Counted from the stretch's first letter, positions 9,980 through 20,337 are shown. The stretch is DNA of 64,000 nucleotides from Myxococcota bacterium (GCA_036339465.1 JAYZAY010000054.1:24872-88871); one strand, 5' to 3'. Notes: a model not told the origin generated them from the letters alone. Program-made: numbers and translations.

Positions 9980-11599
9980 ATGTTTATCAATCGACTTATT
10001 GTAGACCTAACGCTCAAAATCGACGGCAAATCCTACAAGATAGAATCAGGTAATATTAAAAATCTAGATCTCAAGCTGAGTGCCTATGGTTATGAAGCGA
10101 CCTTGGATTGGTGGAAAATATGCTTAAACAAATCGAGTGAAGATACCATTAAGGCCGCTTTTATGAAAAATTCTCTGATCGAAGTCACCATGTCTATCGA
10201 TCGTTTTTTCGATAAAGGTGGTGAAGCGGCAGCTCCGATTAAACTGAAAGGAATTGTCACAACCAAGCGCTTCCATGCCAGAGCGTTCGAAGATGTTAGT
10301 GGGGAACCTGTTTTACACCGTCATTATTTTATCTCATTCAAAGACCCGGCCAGTGTCTTGTGGGGCCAGCACTTTCCATGTGATCTGTACACCAAGAAAT
10401 CGGTTAAAGATCTGATTGAAGATCATAAAACCTCGAATTTCTTACTCAGTTATGCTTGCACACCCATGACGACCAAGCACCCATTTCTTTTTCTTGGGCT
10501 GGGGCAAAAGGAGAGTTCCGCGAGTTTTTATGATTTTGTGATATGGTATTTGAAAAGCGAAAATGCAGGCATGTATTATAATGGGACAAAAAACACTTAC
10601 ACACTCACAACAAAAAAAGATACGAGTGCGAAAATAAAAGATTTTCCGGTAGCAGATGCTGATATTGTGAATATAGAATTCACCGAAACGCCACGTTACA
10701 GCGTCAATGTTTTGAACAGCTATGCGACTAAATCGACCACGGAAAAAGTTGCAAACAAAGATGAAGTGAAGGGGATTCGGAAGGATATTCTTATTGCATC
10801 CCCAATTGCCAGCACTTCAAAATCAATCAAGACAAATCAAACGAGTAAACTCGTCGATGAACAACCCTTTCTCACCATTGAATACGCTCGATATCCCACC
10901 GTCGATGCATTGCCTGGCACGATCTATCTTTTTAACAAGAGCGACTGGAGCAAAGAGCTATATCAATCCAACAAGAAATTCCGACTTCGAGAACTTCGAC
11001 TTTTGGCTGAAGCTGAATCTCAATTGGGCACCGATGATGCTGACGAGGATTCAAATTCGTACAAAATTCAACTGACTTCGGTTCTAGAAGAAAAAGAAGA
11101 AGTGCATCACCCGTTACCAGAATTTGTCACACCCTATTGGCCTGCCAAAGTTGAAGGGAAAATTGTCAGCGAAATAGGCAAGGAGACCGAAGAGACTTAC
11201 CAGCTTTACGAAGATGACTCTAAATCCCTGGAGCAGTATCACGTAGAGATCCCTCTTTGGAAGAAACAAAAAATAATGGTAAATCATGACCCAAATTTAT
11301 TTCCTGGGCATTTTTATTTCCCTCTTTATAAGGACCACCGAGTGCTGGTTGATATGTCGTTCAAAGAAGCATGGATTAAGCGGCACCTTGAATGGCGTGC
11401 AGGCGCCAAACTACCAAATGATAAACAGGCTAACCACATTCTCTTTGGCAAAAACCCCAAAGACAGCACTTCCATGGTGCATGCTTATAAAGAGAAGAAA
11501 CCTGTTTTTAGCATTACGCGTCTTTTGGATAAAGACACCCAACTCATTCAAGTTTCCGAGGGGGAAATTCTTATTGAAACCAAAGAAAATGAAAAGTAA
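9980..11599 (+). CDS. VgrG hub-only protein (PdpA/gp27-like), lacking the long beta-helix spike
   Basis: 539 aa following tssE; gp27-like pattern (KGIVTTKRF, YFISFKDP, SFYDFVIW), OB-fold-like VEGKIVSE...GHFYFPLYKDHRVLV, ends after only a few beta-strands. Confidence 0.6.
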   Translation: MFINRLIVDLTLKIDGKSYKIESGNIKNLDLKLSAYGYEATLDWWKICLNKSSEDTIKAAFMKNSLIEVTMSIDRFFDKGGEAAAPIKLKGIVTTKRFHARAFEDVSGEPVLHRHYFISFKDPASVLWGQHFPCDLYTKKSVKDLIEDHKTSNFLLSYACTPMTTKHPFLFLGLGQKESSASFYDFVIWYLKSENAGMYYNGTKNTYTLTTKKDTSAKIKDFPVADADIVNIEFTETPRYSVNVLNSYATKSTTEKVANKDEVKGIRKDILIASPIASTSKSIKTNQTSKLVDEQPFLTIEYARYPTVDALPGTIYLFNKSDWSKELYQSNKKFRLRELRLLAEAESQLGTDDADEDSNSYKIQLTSVLEEKEEVHHPLPEFVTPYWPAKVEGKIVSEIGKETEETYQLYEDDSKSLEQYHVEIPLWKKQKIMVNHDPNLFPGHFYFPLYKDHRVLVDMSFKEAWIKRHLEWRAGAKLPNDKQANHILFGKNPKDSTSMVHAYKEKKPVFSITRLLDKDTQLIQVSEGEILIETKENEK

Positions 11600-11607
11600 C
11601 CTCTAAA

Positions 11608-13365
11608 TTAGGTTCCTAATTCCTCGGCATCGCTTTCAACAACTTTTTCCATCAGCATCCTCAATTCGGACAATACAGGAAATACGGTTGATTGCTGTTT
11701 GATTTGGAGATACCCGCTTCGGTATTGTTCTTCACACCAAGAGAGGTCGATTTTCCCATCTTGTTTTTCAGGGTAAAGAGAATAGAGCTCAATTTGGCCG
11801 GGAATAAATTCTGAGCCGAGCTCCATGCTTAGGACTTGATAGATTTCGCTTCTGAACGAGTTTTTATTTTCATTGCTTAATGCACCAAAGATGCCCGCAT
11901 CGAGAAATATTAGTAAATTGATAGATCCCTGTTGATATCCCTTAGCATTTTGAGCATTCAAAACCACGCAGTCGTAAACTGCTTCAAATCGACAAACCAG
12001 ATTTTGAACCTCAGTTTTAGGATACGTTCGTGCACCACGTACACCGAACATGGTGCCCACAAAATAGTTTTCTCGATGGTTTGGACGATTGAGGATGCTC
12101 AACCCGTAATGGTGTTCGTTAAAATCGAGGGCGGGGGTGCCAAAAAATCCACTGCTATCCATTTGTGATTCGGCTCCACCGCCGAAATCCATGAGACTCC
12201 AGGGATTTCCCGGAGAAGGAAATATTCGCAAATGTGATACTGATTTTAACTTTTGTCCAAATAGGATGATACCTCCATAAGCGGAATTCGCCAGGATATT
12301 CATCGCCCATCGCATCTCATTGTTGAAAAACTTAGAGAAACGCTCCCATGACTCCCAATCCATGGGCATGGCCACGTCCTTAAACCAGAGCCGTATGGGC
12401 GCTGATTCAGTAGGAGGGCGACTCAATAGCCAATCGCGGGTCCTATGGTTAAGCCCAACAACCGTTACTTCGAAACCATCTGAACATTCTGCGTTTTCAA
12501 TCAAGTGGTCGGGGTCTGTCAAAACAAAAGTTGCTCCCGAGAATAAAGACACTAAGAAGAGCCACGGTTGATATTGCAGGTCATGAAAACCAGGGGCACT
12601 CAATTTATCCCCCTCTTGAAGGCCAAAGAGAAGAAAAGCATCGCTTAAGAGTCGATGATAAAGATCACTTGCTTTTAATTCTACCGGCTCTGTGGAATTG
12701 GTACTAAGTGGCGAAAAGAGGCGCATGACCACCTGTTCTGCCTCGTAACCATGAACTTCGTGGTGAATAGAACCAAATTCAATTTTAGGAAGAACGCCTG
12801 AGGGGAGTTGTTTGTCTGCAAAATCTCCGAGAAATACTTCATACTTATTCTCAGTCACCACAAAAGCCGGTTCCAATGTGCGCAAACGGTTCTTTACAAA
12901 AGTTCGGCCCTGGGGTGGAATAAACGAAAAGATGCCGCCTAATTTCAGCGTTGTGAGCATGGCGATCAGAAAATTCAGGCCAGGATGAAGAACCACGCAA
13001 ACCACACTCCCTACTTCAAAACCTTTGTCCAGCCATTCACTGGCAACTTGTGATGCTTGTGTGGTCAAATAATCAAACGAATATTCCTGCCATCCGTTGA
13101 TGGCATCATAGAGCCGAAGAGCGGGAAGTCCCTTTCCTTGATGTGGGTGTAGTAAATCCCAAGAAAACACATAATGTTCAAATATTGAAGATTTTCGGGC
13201 GCCATGGATGCTTTGAAACTCTTCAAATAATGAGGACCAAAACGACTCCGGTTCTGCATAACTTCGGTGTAGCCAATTTTGGGGTTGAATTGTGGGTACC
13301 TCAACCCGATCAGTACGCAAGCTCGACCTTATCTTACTAAAGTCAAATTGATACTCTATTGTCAT
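11608..13365 (-). CDS. Acyl-CoA synthetase (AMP-binding/ANL) fold protein with a degenerate catalytic signature
   Basis: ACS-like N-terminus (WLHRSYAEPESFW), GFEVGSVVCVVL..LTTLKLGGIF, C-terminal EVQNLV..AVYDCVV..LGSEFIP; the TSGSTGxPKG loop is replaced by FSPLSTNSTEP. Confidence 0.7.
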   Translation of the reverse strand: MTIEYQFDFSKIRSSLRTDRVEVPTIQPQNWLHRSYAEPESFWSSLFEEFQSIHGARKSSIFEHYVFSWDLLHPHQGKGLPALRLYDAINGWQEYSFDYLTTQASQVASEWLDKGFEVGSVVCVVLHPGLNFLIAMLTTLKLGGIFSFIPPQGRTFVKNRLRTLEPAFVVTENKYEVFLGDFADKQLPSGVLPKIEFGSIHHEVHGYEAEQVVMRLFSPLSTNSTEPVELKASDLYHRLLSDAFLLFGLQEGDKLSAPGFHDLQYQPWLFLVSLFSGATFVLTDPDHLIENAECSDGFEVTVVGLNHRTRDWLLSRPPTESAPIRLWFKDVAMPMDWESWERFSKFFNNEMRWAMNILANSAYGGIILFGQKLKSVSHLRIFPSPGNPWSLMDFGGGAESQMDSSGFFGTPALDFNEHHYGLSILNRPNHRENYFVGTMFGVRGARTYPKTEVQNLVCRFEAVYDCVVLNAQNAKGYQQGSINLLIFLDAGIFGALSNENKNSFRSEIYQVLSMELGSEFIPGQIELYSLYPEKQDGKIDLSWCEEQYRSGYLQIKQQSTVFPVLSELRMLMEKVVESDAEELGT

Positions 13366-13389
13366 GGAAGTAAAACCACCATGGATCGT

Positions 13390-13842
13390 TCATCGCCCCT
13401 GGACCGCAATTTTTTGGATTTCGTGGGCACCCAATGAAATCTTTGCTTCAGAGGGCAGGGGATTTCTAAACATATAATACCAATTAGGTCCGGGATCTGT
13501 GAATAAGAAATAAACGGCGATATTGTCTTCATCGGGCGTACGGATTTCAAGATGAGAGATTTGGCCAGGGAGAAGAACTTCTTTGGATAATACGGTGCTT
13601 TCTGCCGTTGAGCGGAAGACGTTGCTGGCGATACTCTTGTAATCACTCGAAGCCAAGGCATCGGAACCCGAGCTTCGAACTACGACGTAAAATGGCTCGC
13701 CGCCGTTGGTTGCTTGTGACGTTTTCACTTGGATTCGCATCATCGATGTACATCCCGACACACCTATCCAACCACAAAGAAGAGCTACAAGTGGCACCCA
13801 TGCACTTCGGCGAAAGCTCAAGTATTGTTGATAGTATCTCAT
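13390..13842 (-). CDS. tssJ: T6SS outer-membrane lipoprotein TssJ (IglE position)
   Basis: Lipobox VSGC, TNGGEPFYVVVR and VLLPGQ; ATGA overlap with tssM. Confidence 0.75.
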   Translation of the reverse strand: MRYYQQYLSFRRSAWVPLVALLCGWIGVSGCTSMMRIQVKTSQATNGGEPFYVVVRSSGSDALASSDYKSIASNVFRSTAESTVLSKEVLLPGQISHLEIRTPDEDNIAVYFLFTDPGPNWYYMFRNPLPSEAKISLGAHEIQKIAVQGR

Positions 13843-16800
13843 TGTTGGTCCCTATAGACGATTTTCCGAGTGTTGGGAAGAATTTCGAATAGAGTCCAAG
13901 GATTCTCATATAAGACAAAACTTGCCTCAATATTGACCCGAGAATCATCAGGAATAGGTAGATCCCAAGACCAAGTATTGTGGCTATCACGAGCCTGCTT
14001 GAGCAACTCATAGAAGCTCCAATAGGAATCTTGAGTCACCATGGGTTGCGGATAAGAAGGTTGACGATTTTCGACATCGGTAAATTGCGCTCCAAGTTGG
14101 GAAACATGCCGCATGGTCCAATCAAGGTTTACTTTGGATTGAAAGGGTTTTTGATTGATATTCACGAGGGAATTCTTGCCCCAACTGAGATAAACCAGAG
14201 TCAATGTGTCACTCTGACCTTTTACCATAGGGCCAAAGGGGACCGGCTCAATGGTGAATTCTAGGTCTTTGGGGTTACCCTCTGAGTCCCATAACCTTTT
14301 TGCCAATCGTGTGGTATTATTTAAGGCAGTGATCATGTCAGAGGGCAGATGAAGTCTCCGCAATAATGATGGTTTGGCCATATACTCGCCGCCCTTCAGA
14401 ACCGTGACCGGAAGCACGTATTGATCCACCAACTGGAAAAACCGACCTAAGGTGGGATGTAAATGAGCTTCGAGTTCCTGTGGGTCGACCTCTTCAGTGC
14501 CATTGTGGTCAAAAGGAAACTTTCTCAATACGGGTCGAATACTTGGGAGGAGGTCGTGGGCCCAAATTTTGGCGACGGTTGTTTCTAGTTCTCTGAGGCC
14601 AACCAAGTACAATTGATGGATAGGGGCTAAGAAGGGTTGCCTTAGCTCTTTTACAATGCCGACACTGTTGACCCATTGGTTCACAATGTTGAGATAGGTG
14701 CCGTCCTGCCTCATAAGGGTATCGAGGGCCTGGCTCCCCACCGGGTTTAACCGGGCTTTGAGCCCCACCGCAGTGGTTGAGGTTTCTTCTGTGGCCGAAG
14801 CTGTTTCAGTTGCTGTTAAGGTGCTATGCAACTGGTCCAAAATAGCCCGATACTTATCAAACTCAGGATAGACCCCATCGGTTCTCTTCATCACTGTATT
14901 AAAAGAGCGAAACCGAGCTAGGGCATTCACCATAGGGTCAAAGAGCTCGGTTCTCGATTTTTCAAAATTGATATTGGTATTCTTATGCACAAATTGAAGA
15001 AAAGTTGTATAAGGTGAGACGGGCTGCAAAATTTGCTTAATTGCGACCAACAGACCTTCCACCGACCCCACATTTAGACGAAAAGAATGATAATAATTTA
15101 ATGTTTGTCGAGCATACTCGGAAGCATATGCATCCATTTTCCGATAGATAAATTGCTTTAATTCCCATCGGTCCTGTGGGGCTAAATCAACCGCCCCTAA
15201 AAGTTGGTCAAATTCCATGATGGCGGGGCGAATTTCTTTATTAAAGGCTGCGTGAGTATAAATGCCCTCTACCTGAGTTTTGCCTAGGAAGAGGGAGTTC
15301 CCATTATTGGTAGGATTTAAAACCACGGCCGAGTACTGAGTTGGATCCGAAAAAAAGGTCGAACCGTTTCGAGTGGCATTATGGTCCATAAAGGATTTGA
15401 CGATGTGCCGGATCCGGCTAGTTTTCATGATCGCATACCAATCGATATTTCGAATCATGAATTGGGTATCTTGAATTTTGAACTCCCAGCTCCTTGGTTC
15501 AGCTTCTTCTGCACTCGGATACTGTTTGGCTTGTTTGATTAGCCCAATTAAATTTGGCAGGGTTTCTGGGGGAGATTGCAAATCTATAAAGCGACTGCCT
15601 ACAAAGAGCTGAAGAACGGCGCCTATTTTTTCGCTCATTTCGGGGGGCAAACTATTCTGTTGGATCTGCGGAAAGAACATTTGGTATTGCTTGGTATCGC
15701 TGGCAAAGGGCGAATCTTTTAAGAGCGTTAGAATTGTTGCACCATGTCTGAATCGCTTTGCGAAAGAAAGCTCATCTAAGAGGTCAGAACCAATGGCCTT
15801 ATGTTTCTCAAGTTGCGACTTTGTGACATACTTATTGCGCTTAATGAGTTCGCGATAGGTTGAAAATGCCAGACTCCACTTTTCTAGATCTTCAATTCCT
15901 TTAGATTTAAAGGTCGTAGGTAGGGTTTTCTCCGAAAGTTGTCCAGAATGGGGTTCGAGAGTATTTTCGATATAGACTTTGATGAGTTCAGCGGGAAGTC
16001 CCGAAGCTTTTTGCCAATCATCCAAATTCTGAGAAACAAATAATCCCATAGCGTTACTGCTGGAAGCTCGTACCAAGCCTTGTAAATACAACGTTTTCAA
16101 GTGCGGGTCACTGGATAGTAAGGCCTCTTGGTAGGCGGGTTTGATTTTTGTTTCGAGAATAATTTTGGATGCTTCTTCTCGAATATATTCTTGAGCCACC
16201 CCAAGAAATTCAGGCACAAGAACATCTCGTGCGGCATAGGAAGAAACACCGGTAAAATTGGAAACGGATGCCAAATCCTTTGCTGCAGCATCTGTTACCT
16301 TTGAAACGTTTAAAACCTCTAGGGCCCGGTCAGCACGCTGCCACAGGTTTCTTTCGTAGGAGTACAAACCTACCAGGAGTGCGATCATCACGCCTGTCAC
16401 TGCAGCGGCTAAACGGCGATGCCGCAGGAGGGGAGCATCCGCCTCTAGTCCGTAATGTTCTGAACCAGCGGCGAGAGGGTTGTTGGTATTGGAAGGATAG
16501 TCTTTTGAGGTGAAATATATTCCCCCAAGAGTGGGTAGATAAGAAAGGGATTCGGGTCTCAGAAGACTGTCTAAAACCTCTGATAGGGCTCGGAATGATT
16601 CCGGGGCCGCCTTCAAATACCGAACCACCTGTTTGAATTCGTCAGCGGTGCAACCACTGAGGGCAATGGGTAGATAGGTCCCACATTCATCAAATGCGCG
16701 CTGTATACTGCTTTCTGTGGTCGATTCCGGGTGAAGAACCGTGGGGATGGCTCGATTCTTGGTGAAGGCACTAAATTCAGCGTAGCCTTGGACTTTATCC

Positions 16801-17486
16801 ATTCCCGTGATGGCTAGCCGCACTTCGACACAACCCCCATGGGCCCAAGAAAGGAGGTTGAGTTTCCCACGTATCCTTTCGGCGATCTTTTCCCGTGCAT
16901 CGGGGGTTAACGCACCCAGCTCTTCAACTGACATCACCACCACTACAGTGGGTGGAGTATTCTTGAATAATTTTTTCCACAGACGAAGGATGGCCTGTCG
17001 GGTGGGTTTTGAAGTGTCGTTGAGAAGGGAAGCTGAGATTTCTTGTAAGACCGTTTTGGAACCCAAATAGATCTTCAAGTCGACATCTTGTTCATATTGG
17101 GTTAGGAATTGATTCGCCTGACGCTGCCAATCGGTACTCGAGTCAATTAGCGCGGATTTCCCACTCCCCGACGTCCCTAGAACCACGATGGGCTTGAATC
17201 GTTGGAGGCTTCGCTGAAAAGTTCTGGGTATTTCCCGTAAGAACCGATTCCAAATCCTAGTCAGTGCGTCTTTACGCATCTTAACCCCGGATATCGGTAC
17301 AACTGGCCGCTCTTCGCTCGTGGTTTGTTCTTGTTTTGCCTCTTTCTTTTTCTTTCGCCAGTACCAAATACCGACAATCAATGGGATGAGGAGAATAATC
17401 AGCTTGAGTACGGCAGGATGAATCTTCACACCAAAGCCCTTGAGTATTTTGAAGAATGCCTTGAGTTCTTTCACGTTTCCGACCAC
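13839..17486 (-). CDS. tssM: T6SS membrane subunit TssM (IcmF/PdpB-like)
   Basis: 1215 aa, N-terminal TM helix, Walker A GTSGSGKS, second TM near aa 360, KFPFD and SYWSFYELL C-terminal motifs. Confidence 0.9.
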   Translation of the reverse strand: MVGNVKELKAFFKILKGFGVKIHPAVLKLIILLIPLIVGIWYWRKKKKEAKQEQTTSEERPVVPISGVKMRKDALTRIWNRFLREIPRTFQRSLQRFKPIVVLGTSGSGKSALIDSSTDWQRQANQFLTQYEQDVDLKIYLGSKTVLQEISASLLNDTSKPTRQAILRLWKKLFKNTPPTVVVVMSVEELGALTPDAREKIAERIRGKLNLLSWAHGGCVEVRLAITGMDKVQGYAEFSAFTKNRAIPTVLHPESTTESSIQRAFDECGTYLPIALSGCTADEFKQVVRYLKAAPESFRALSEVLDSLLRPESLSYLPTLGGIYFTSKDYPSNTNNPLAAGSEHYGLEADAPLLRHRRLAAAVTGVMIALLVGLYSYERNLWQRADRALEVLNVSKVTDAAAKDLASVSNFTGVSSYAARDVLVPEFLGVAQEYIREEASKIILETKIKPAYQEALLSSDPHLKTLYLQGLVRASSSNAMGLFVSQNLDDWQKASGLPAELIKVYIENTLEPHSGQLSEKTLPTTFKSKGIEDLEKWSLAFSTYRELIKRNKYVTKSQLEKHKAIGSDLLDELSFAKRFRHGATILTLLKDSPFASDTKQYQMFFPQIQQNSLPPEMSEKIGAVLQLFVGSRFIDLQSPPETLPNLIGLIKQAKQYPSAEEAEPRSWEFKIQDTQFMIRNIDWYAIMKTSRIRHIVKSFMDHNATRNGSTFFSDPTQYSAVVLNPTNNGNSLFLGKTQVEGIYTHAAFNKEIRPAIMEFDQLLGAVDLAPQDRWELKQFIYRKMDAYASEYARQTLNYYHSFRLNVGSVEGLLVAIKQILQPVSPYTTFLQFVHKNTNINFEKSRTELFDPMVNALARFRSFNTVMKRTDGVYPEFDKYRAILDQLHSTLTATETASATEETSTTAVGLKARLNPVGSQALDTLMRQDGTYLNIVNQWVNSVGIVKELRQPFLAPIHQLYLVGLRELETTVAKIWAHDLLPSIRPVLRKFPFDHNGTEEVDPQELEAHLHPTLGRFFQLVDQYVLPVTVLKGGEYMAKPSLLRRLHLPSDMITALNNTTRLAKRLWDSEGNPKDLEFTIEPVPFGPMVKGQSDTLTLVYLSWGKNSLVNINQKPFQSKVNLDWTMRHVSQLGAQFTDVENRQPSYPQPMVTQDSYWSFYELLKQARDSHNTWSWDLPIPDDSRVNIEASFVLYENPWTLFEILPNTRKIVYRDQQ

Positions 17487-17680
17487 TTATGCAATTTGAT
17501 TGAGACCACTACGGGGCACTTTTGGGCAAACCCCGTCGCCAGCATAACCCGCTTTGCAATGGTACTCTAGAGGGGAGATTTATCAAGAAACTCGTAGGGC
17601 AAAAAGAACCAAATTCCCATTAAAAGAACGAGGTATTCTGATGGATTTCCACTCAACCATCCAATTCAACGAGGGGCCCC

Positions 17681-18295
17681 TTATTCACCCCATTGTTTCA
17701 CCAAATTCACGGTTTTTCCTAGGGAGACTTGAAGGTTCGATTTCTTTCCTTCTTGGGGAACAACTTCAAATTCCATGCGATAGACTCCAATATTGATGTT
17801 CTCGGAAATTGGGGTCGCGGTGGATTGGGTAAAAAGCTGCATCTCGCCACGGGTGGTGTTTAAGGTGGCGCTGGCTCCCGCCGAGGGTGACTTAACGTAG
17901 GCACCGTCATACCAGGAATTAACGTCTTTATCGAAGGAGCAAATGAAGTAGTCTAGTTTCAAATTGGTATTTCGAAGTCCCTGGCTGAGTTTTGATCGGA
18001 TGGAAGCACTGGTACTTGCACTTATGTAAGCAACGATTCGGATGGGGTCAAGTTCGCTCCCCCCGTATTCAAAACTCTCCATAACACCAACACATTTAAT
18101 CGAAGATCCCTTTTGAACTCTCGAATCGGGATAGGGGTTCCAAACCTCGATATCCTGTTTGAGGTTCAAGCCACCACAGCCACTCCACTTTACCACATAG
18201 CCTAGGGTGGTGGTTCTCGCGGGATTTCGGTTGAATGCCTCTGGCCAATCACACTCAAATTTTATGACATTACCGTCTGCCACGGTTACTCCCAC
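17681..18295 (-). CDS. hcp: Second divergent Hcp-like tube protein
   Basis: Shares CDW..A, T.GY, DI.V..PY, C.FD.....W, NI.I..Y.M.FEVVP and WG with 4346-4981. Confidence 0.65.
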   Translation of the reverse strand: MGVTVADGNVIKFECDWPEAFNRNPARTTTLGYVVKWSGCGGLNLKQDIEVWNPYPDSRVQKGSSIKCVGVMESFEYGGSELDPIRIVAYISASTSASIRSKLSQGLRNTNLKLDYFICSFDKDVNSWYDGAYVKSPSAGASATLNTTRGEMQLFTQSTATPISENINIGVYRMEFEVVPQEGKKSNLQVSLGKTVNLVKQWGE

Positions 18296-18476
18296 GGTGA
18301 AATACTGCGGCTCCTAAATTTCTCTGCCTCGGGGTTTGTATACCCAAACAGATCCGTTGAACAAGCTCGCTTAAACGATTGAACTTCGCAAACTACTAAG
18401 TTTTATGGACGAAGAATTAAAAAGAAGAGGTCAATTGCTCCCAAGGTACTTCGGGACAACGAGGCCAGGCACGATG

Positions 18477-18803
18477 CTAACAGGCAACCTTTGTCGGTGC
18501 CGGGTGTCGAGCGTAGGTGGGGCGGGCCGTTTTCACACTGGTTGTCCGCAAGCTTTCTGTATTGCAACCACCCAATCGCGTCACGCCCAGACGAGGCGGA
18601 ATAATAGTCATACCCATGGACTGATGGCGCTTAGGAAAAAGTTTGGCAACGTGGTACACCGAAAACAACGTACCGCCATTTTGCTGATTTTTCATGGGCA
18701 AATTGCCGCGTGCGCTGTATTTTAGGAGAGTATTGAGACCAACTTTGTAGTTCTTTTTAATCTCTTTTGCCGATAGCCACAGATTCATGAGACTCACCTC
18801 CAT
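18477..18803 (-). CDS. Small MerR/excisionase(BldC)-like HTH protein
   Basis: WLSAKEIKKNYKVGLNTLLKYSARGNLP...TLFSVYHVAKLF matches the HTH_17/Xis pattern. Confidence 0.6.
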   Translation of the reverse strand: MEVSLMNLWLSAKEIKKNYKVGLNTLLKYSARGNLPMKNQQNGGTLFSVYHVAKLFPKRHQSMGMTIIPPRLGVTRLGGCNTESLRTTSVKTARPTYARHPAPTKVAC

Positions 18804-18979
18804 CCCAAAAAAGAGTCATAGAGGTATTCTCCCCATGTGTCTCCGGATTGTCTAATTTCTCGCACTTATTCAGATATCTTAAAATATCGGCACATGGACG
18901 CATAAGTTGTTATAATTTATTGTCTTTTTGCGCAGGGCCGATCCAAAAGACGCGCGATGTTAGGAATAGAACTGTTTGA

Positions 18980-19858
18980 TCATTTTGGATCTGGGGATCC
19001 TTTGGGTTTTGCTGGCTCTAGTGTGGGATCCATTGGCGGCGTTGCCTGAGGTTTGTCAGATGCAGTCTCTGCTTGTTGGGGGTCAAGTGCAGCACTTAAA
19101 CCCGCGTCCTCAAACATTGAAGCCGCAAGGCGAGTCTTCCGGATTTCTTTTAAGGCATTTTTGATGCGCAACTGATTGTCAAGAATCTCGGTAGCATCAA
19201 CATCAGCTGATTCTATCACTTCAAATGCGTTGTCTTTGGGTCGCATTTCGAGATAATTTTCATCACTTGTGTCTAAAACAGCACGCCTTTGTTGCAAAGT
19301 GCAGTCATAGGTAATGTGATACTGATTTTCAATAATCCGGTAAATCTGTGATTCTGGTGCCAATAGGCCAGGTTTTTCATCCAAAGGTTTAGGGATAATC
19401 CGTCGGTCCATGCTTCCCATGAGTCGTGACATGGCATCGAAATAAAAATGCTGAAAAATGATTTCGGATTCATTGCGGCCGAAAACCTCGATTTTAAGGA
19501 GACGGCGCCGATAGAAGACGACGGTTGCTTGAGTCGTCCCTACAAATCCATCAACATCAGTGAGCTCATACTCTTCTTTTCCTATGTTGGGCGACTCTTG
19601 AAGGATTTCGATATTGCGACGCTCCTGGGCAATTTCTTTAAGCGAGGCCGGAGGGTCAGTCCTTTCCTCAGGGGAGATAAAACAGGTTCTATTTTCAGAT
19701 AGCTTGAGTGAATATAAATGGTTGGTGTGGATGGCTTGTCCGGTGTATTCCTGGGGCTGAAAGAGGCTACTTCCCAATAAGAAGACGAGGGCTATAACGA
19801 AGACGGCCGCCACCACCAGCCAAAATAGAATTTTCCAAAATTTAATTAAAGCTTCCAT
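18980..19858 (-). CDS. Membrane-anchored hypothetical protein
   Basis: 292 aa with an N-terminal hydrophobic helix and a Pro-rich tail. Confidence 0.7.
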   Translation of the reverse strand: MEALIKFWKILFWLVVAAVFVIALVFLLGSSLFQPQEYTGQAIHTNHLYSLKLSENRTCFISPEERTDPPASLKEIAQERRNIEILQESPNIGKEEYELTDVDGFVGTTQATVVFYRRRLLKIEVFGRNESEIIFQHFYFDAMSRLMGSMDRRIIPKPLDEKPGLLAPESQIYRIIENQYHITYDCTLQQRRAVLDTSDENYLEMRPKDNAFEVIESADVDATEILDNQLRIKNALKEIRKTRLAASMFEDAGLSAALDPQQAETASDKPQATPPMDPTLEPAKPKGSPDPK

Positions 19859-19950
19859 GAAACAATCGTAATATACAAACAGAACCAGAATTGATAATGA
19901 TGTTGAAGTTTATATCTCAATAGCTTTGCTCTCAAGATTCATGCTTACTC

Positions 19951-20337
19951 TTATCTACCATCCCTGGCAAACCAATACTCGATGCCTTGTATGAGGAGGT
20001 TCTTATTGACGGGCTTGATTATCCAGGCGGTTGCACCAGCTTGACGCCCTCGCCCTGACACTACGGGGGACCCTTCGGTTGTGAGGACAAAAATGGGGGT
20101 TTTTGTGTGCAGAGGAAGCATACGAACCTCCTCAATGAGTTCCAAACCACTCATATTGGGCATATTCATATCCGTTATGATTAAATCAATGGCATCGTTG
20201 TTTCGAGCCAGGTTCAATCCATCACCGCCATCCACCGCTTCCAATATGGTGTGTCCTACGGGCTCCAAAATATTTCTAAGCTTGTTTCTCACGACCGACT
20301 GGTCGTCCACTACCAAGATGGTCTTCGCTAACATCAA
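19951..20337 (-). CDS. Single-domain response regulator (CheY-like receiver)
   Basis: ILVVDD, IITDMNMPNMSG, LTT and IIKP receiver motifs. Confidence 0.93.
   Translation of the reverse strand: MMLAKTILVVDDQSVVRNKLRNILEPVGHTILEAVDGGDGLNLARNNDAIDLIITDMNMPNMSGLELIEEVRMLPLHTKTPIFVLTTEGSPVVSGRGRQAGATAWIIKPVNKNLLIQGIEYWFARDGR

Noticed and set aside
17535..17552. Sigma-54-like TGGC...TTGC upstream of tssM
   Set aside because: Spacing is also one base too long, and the -24 box is weak.
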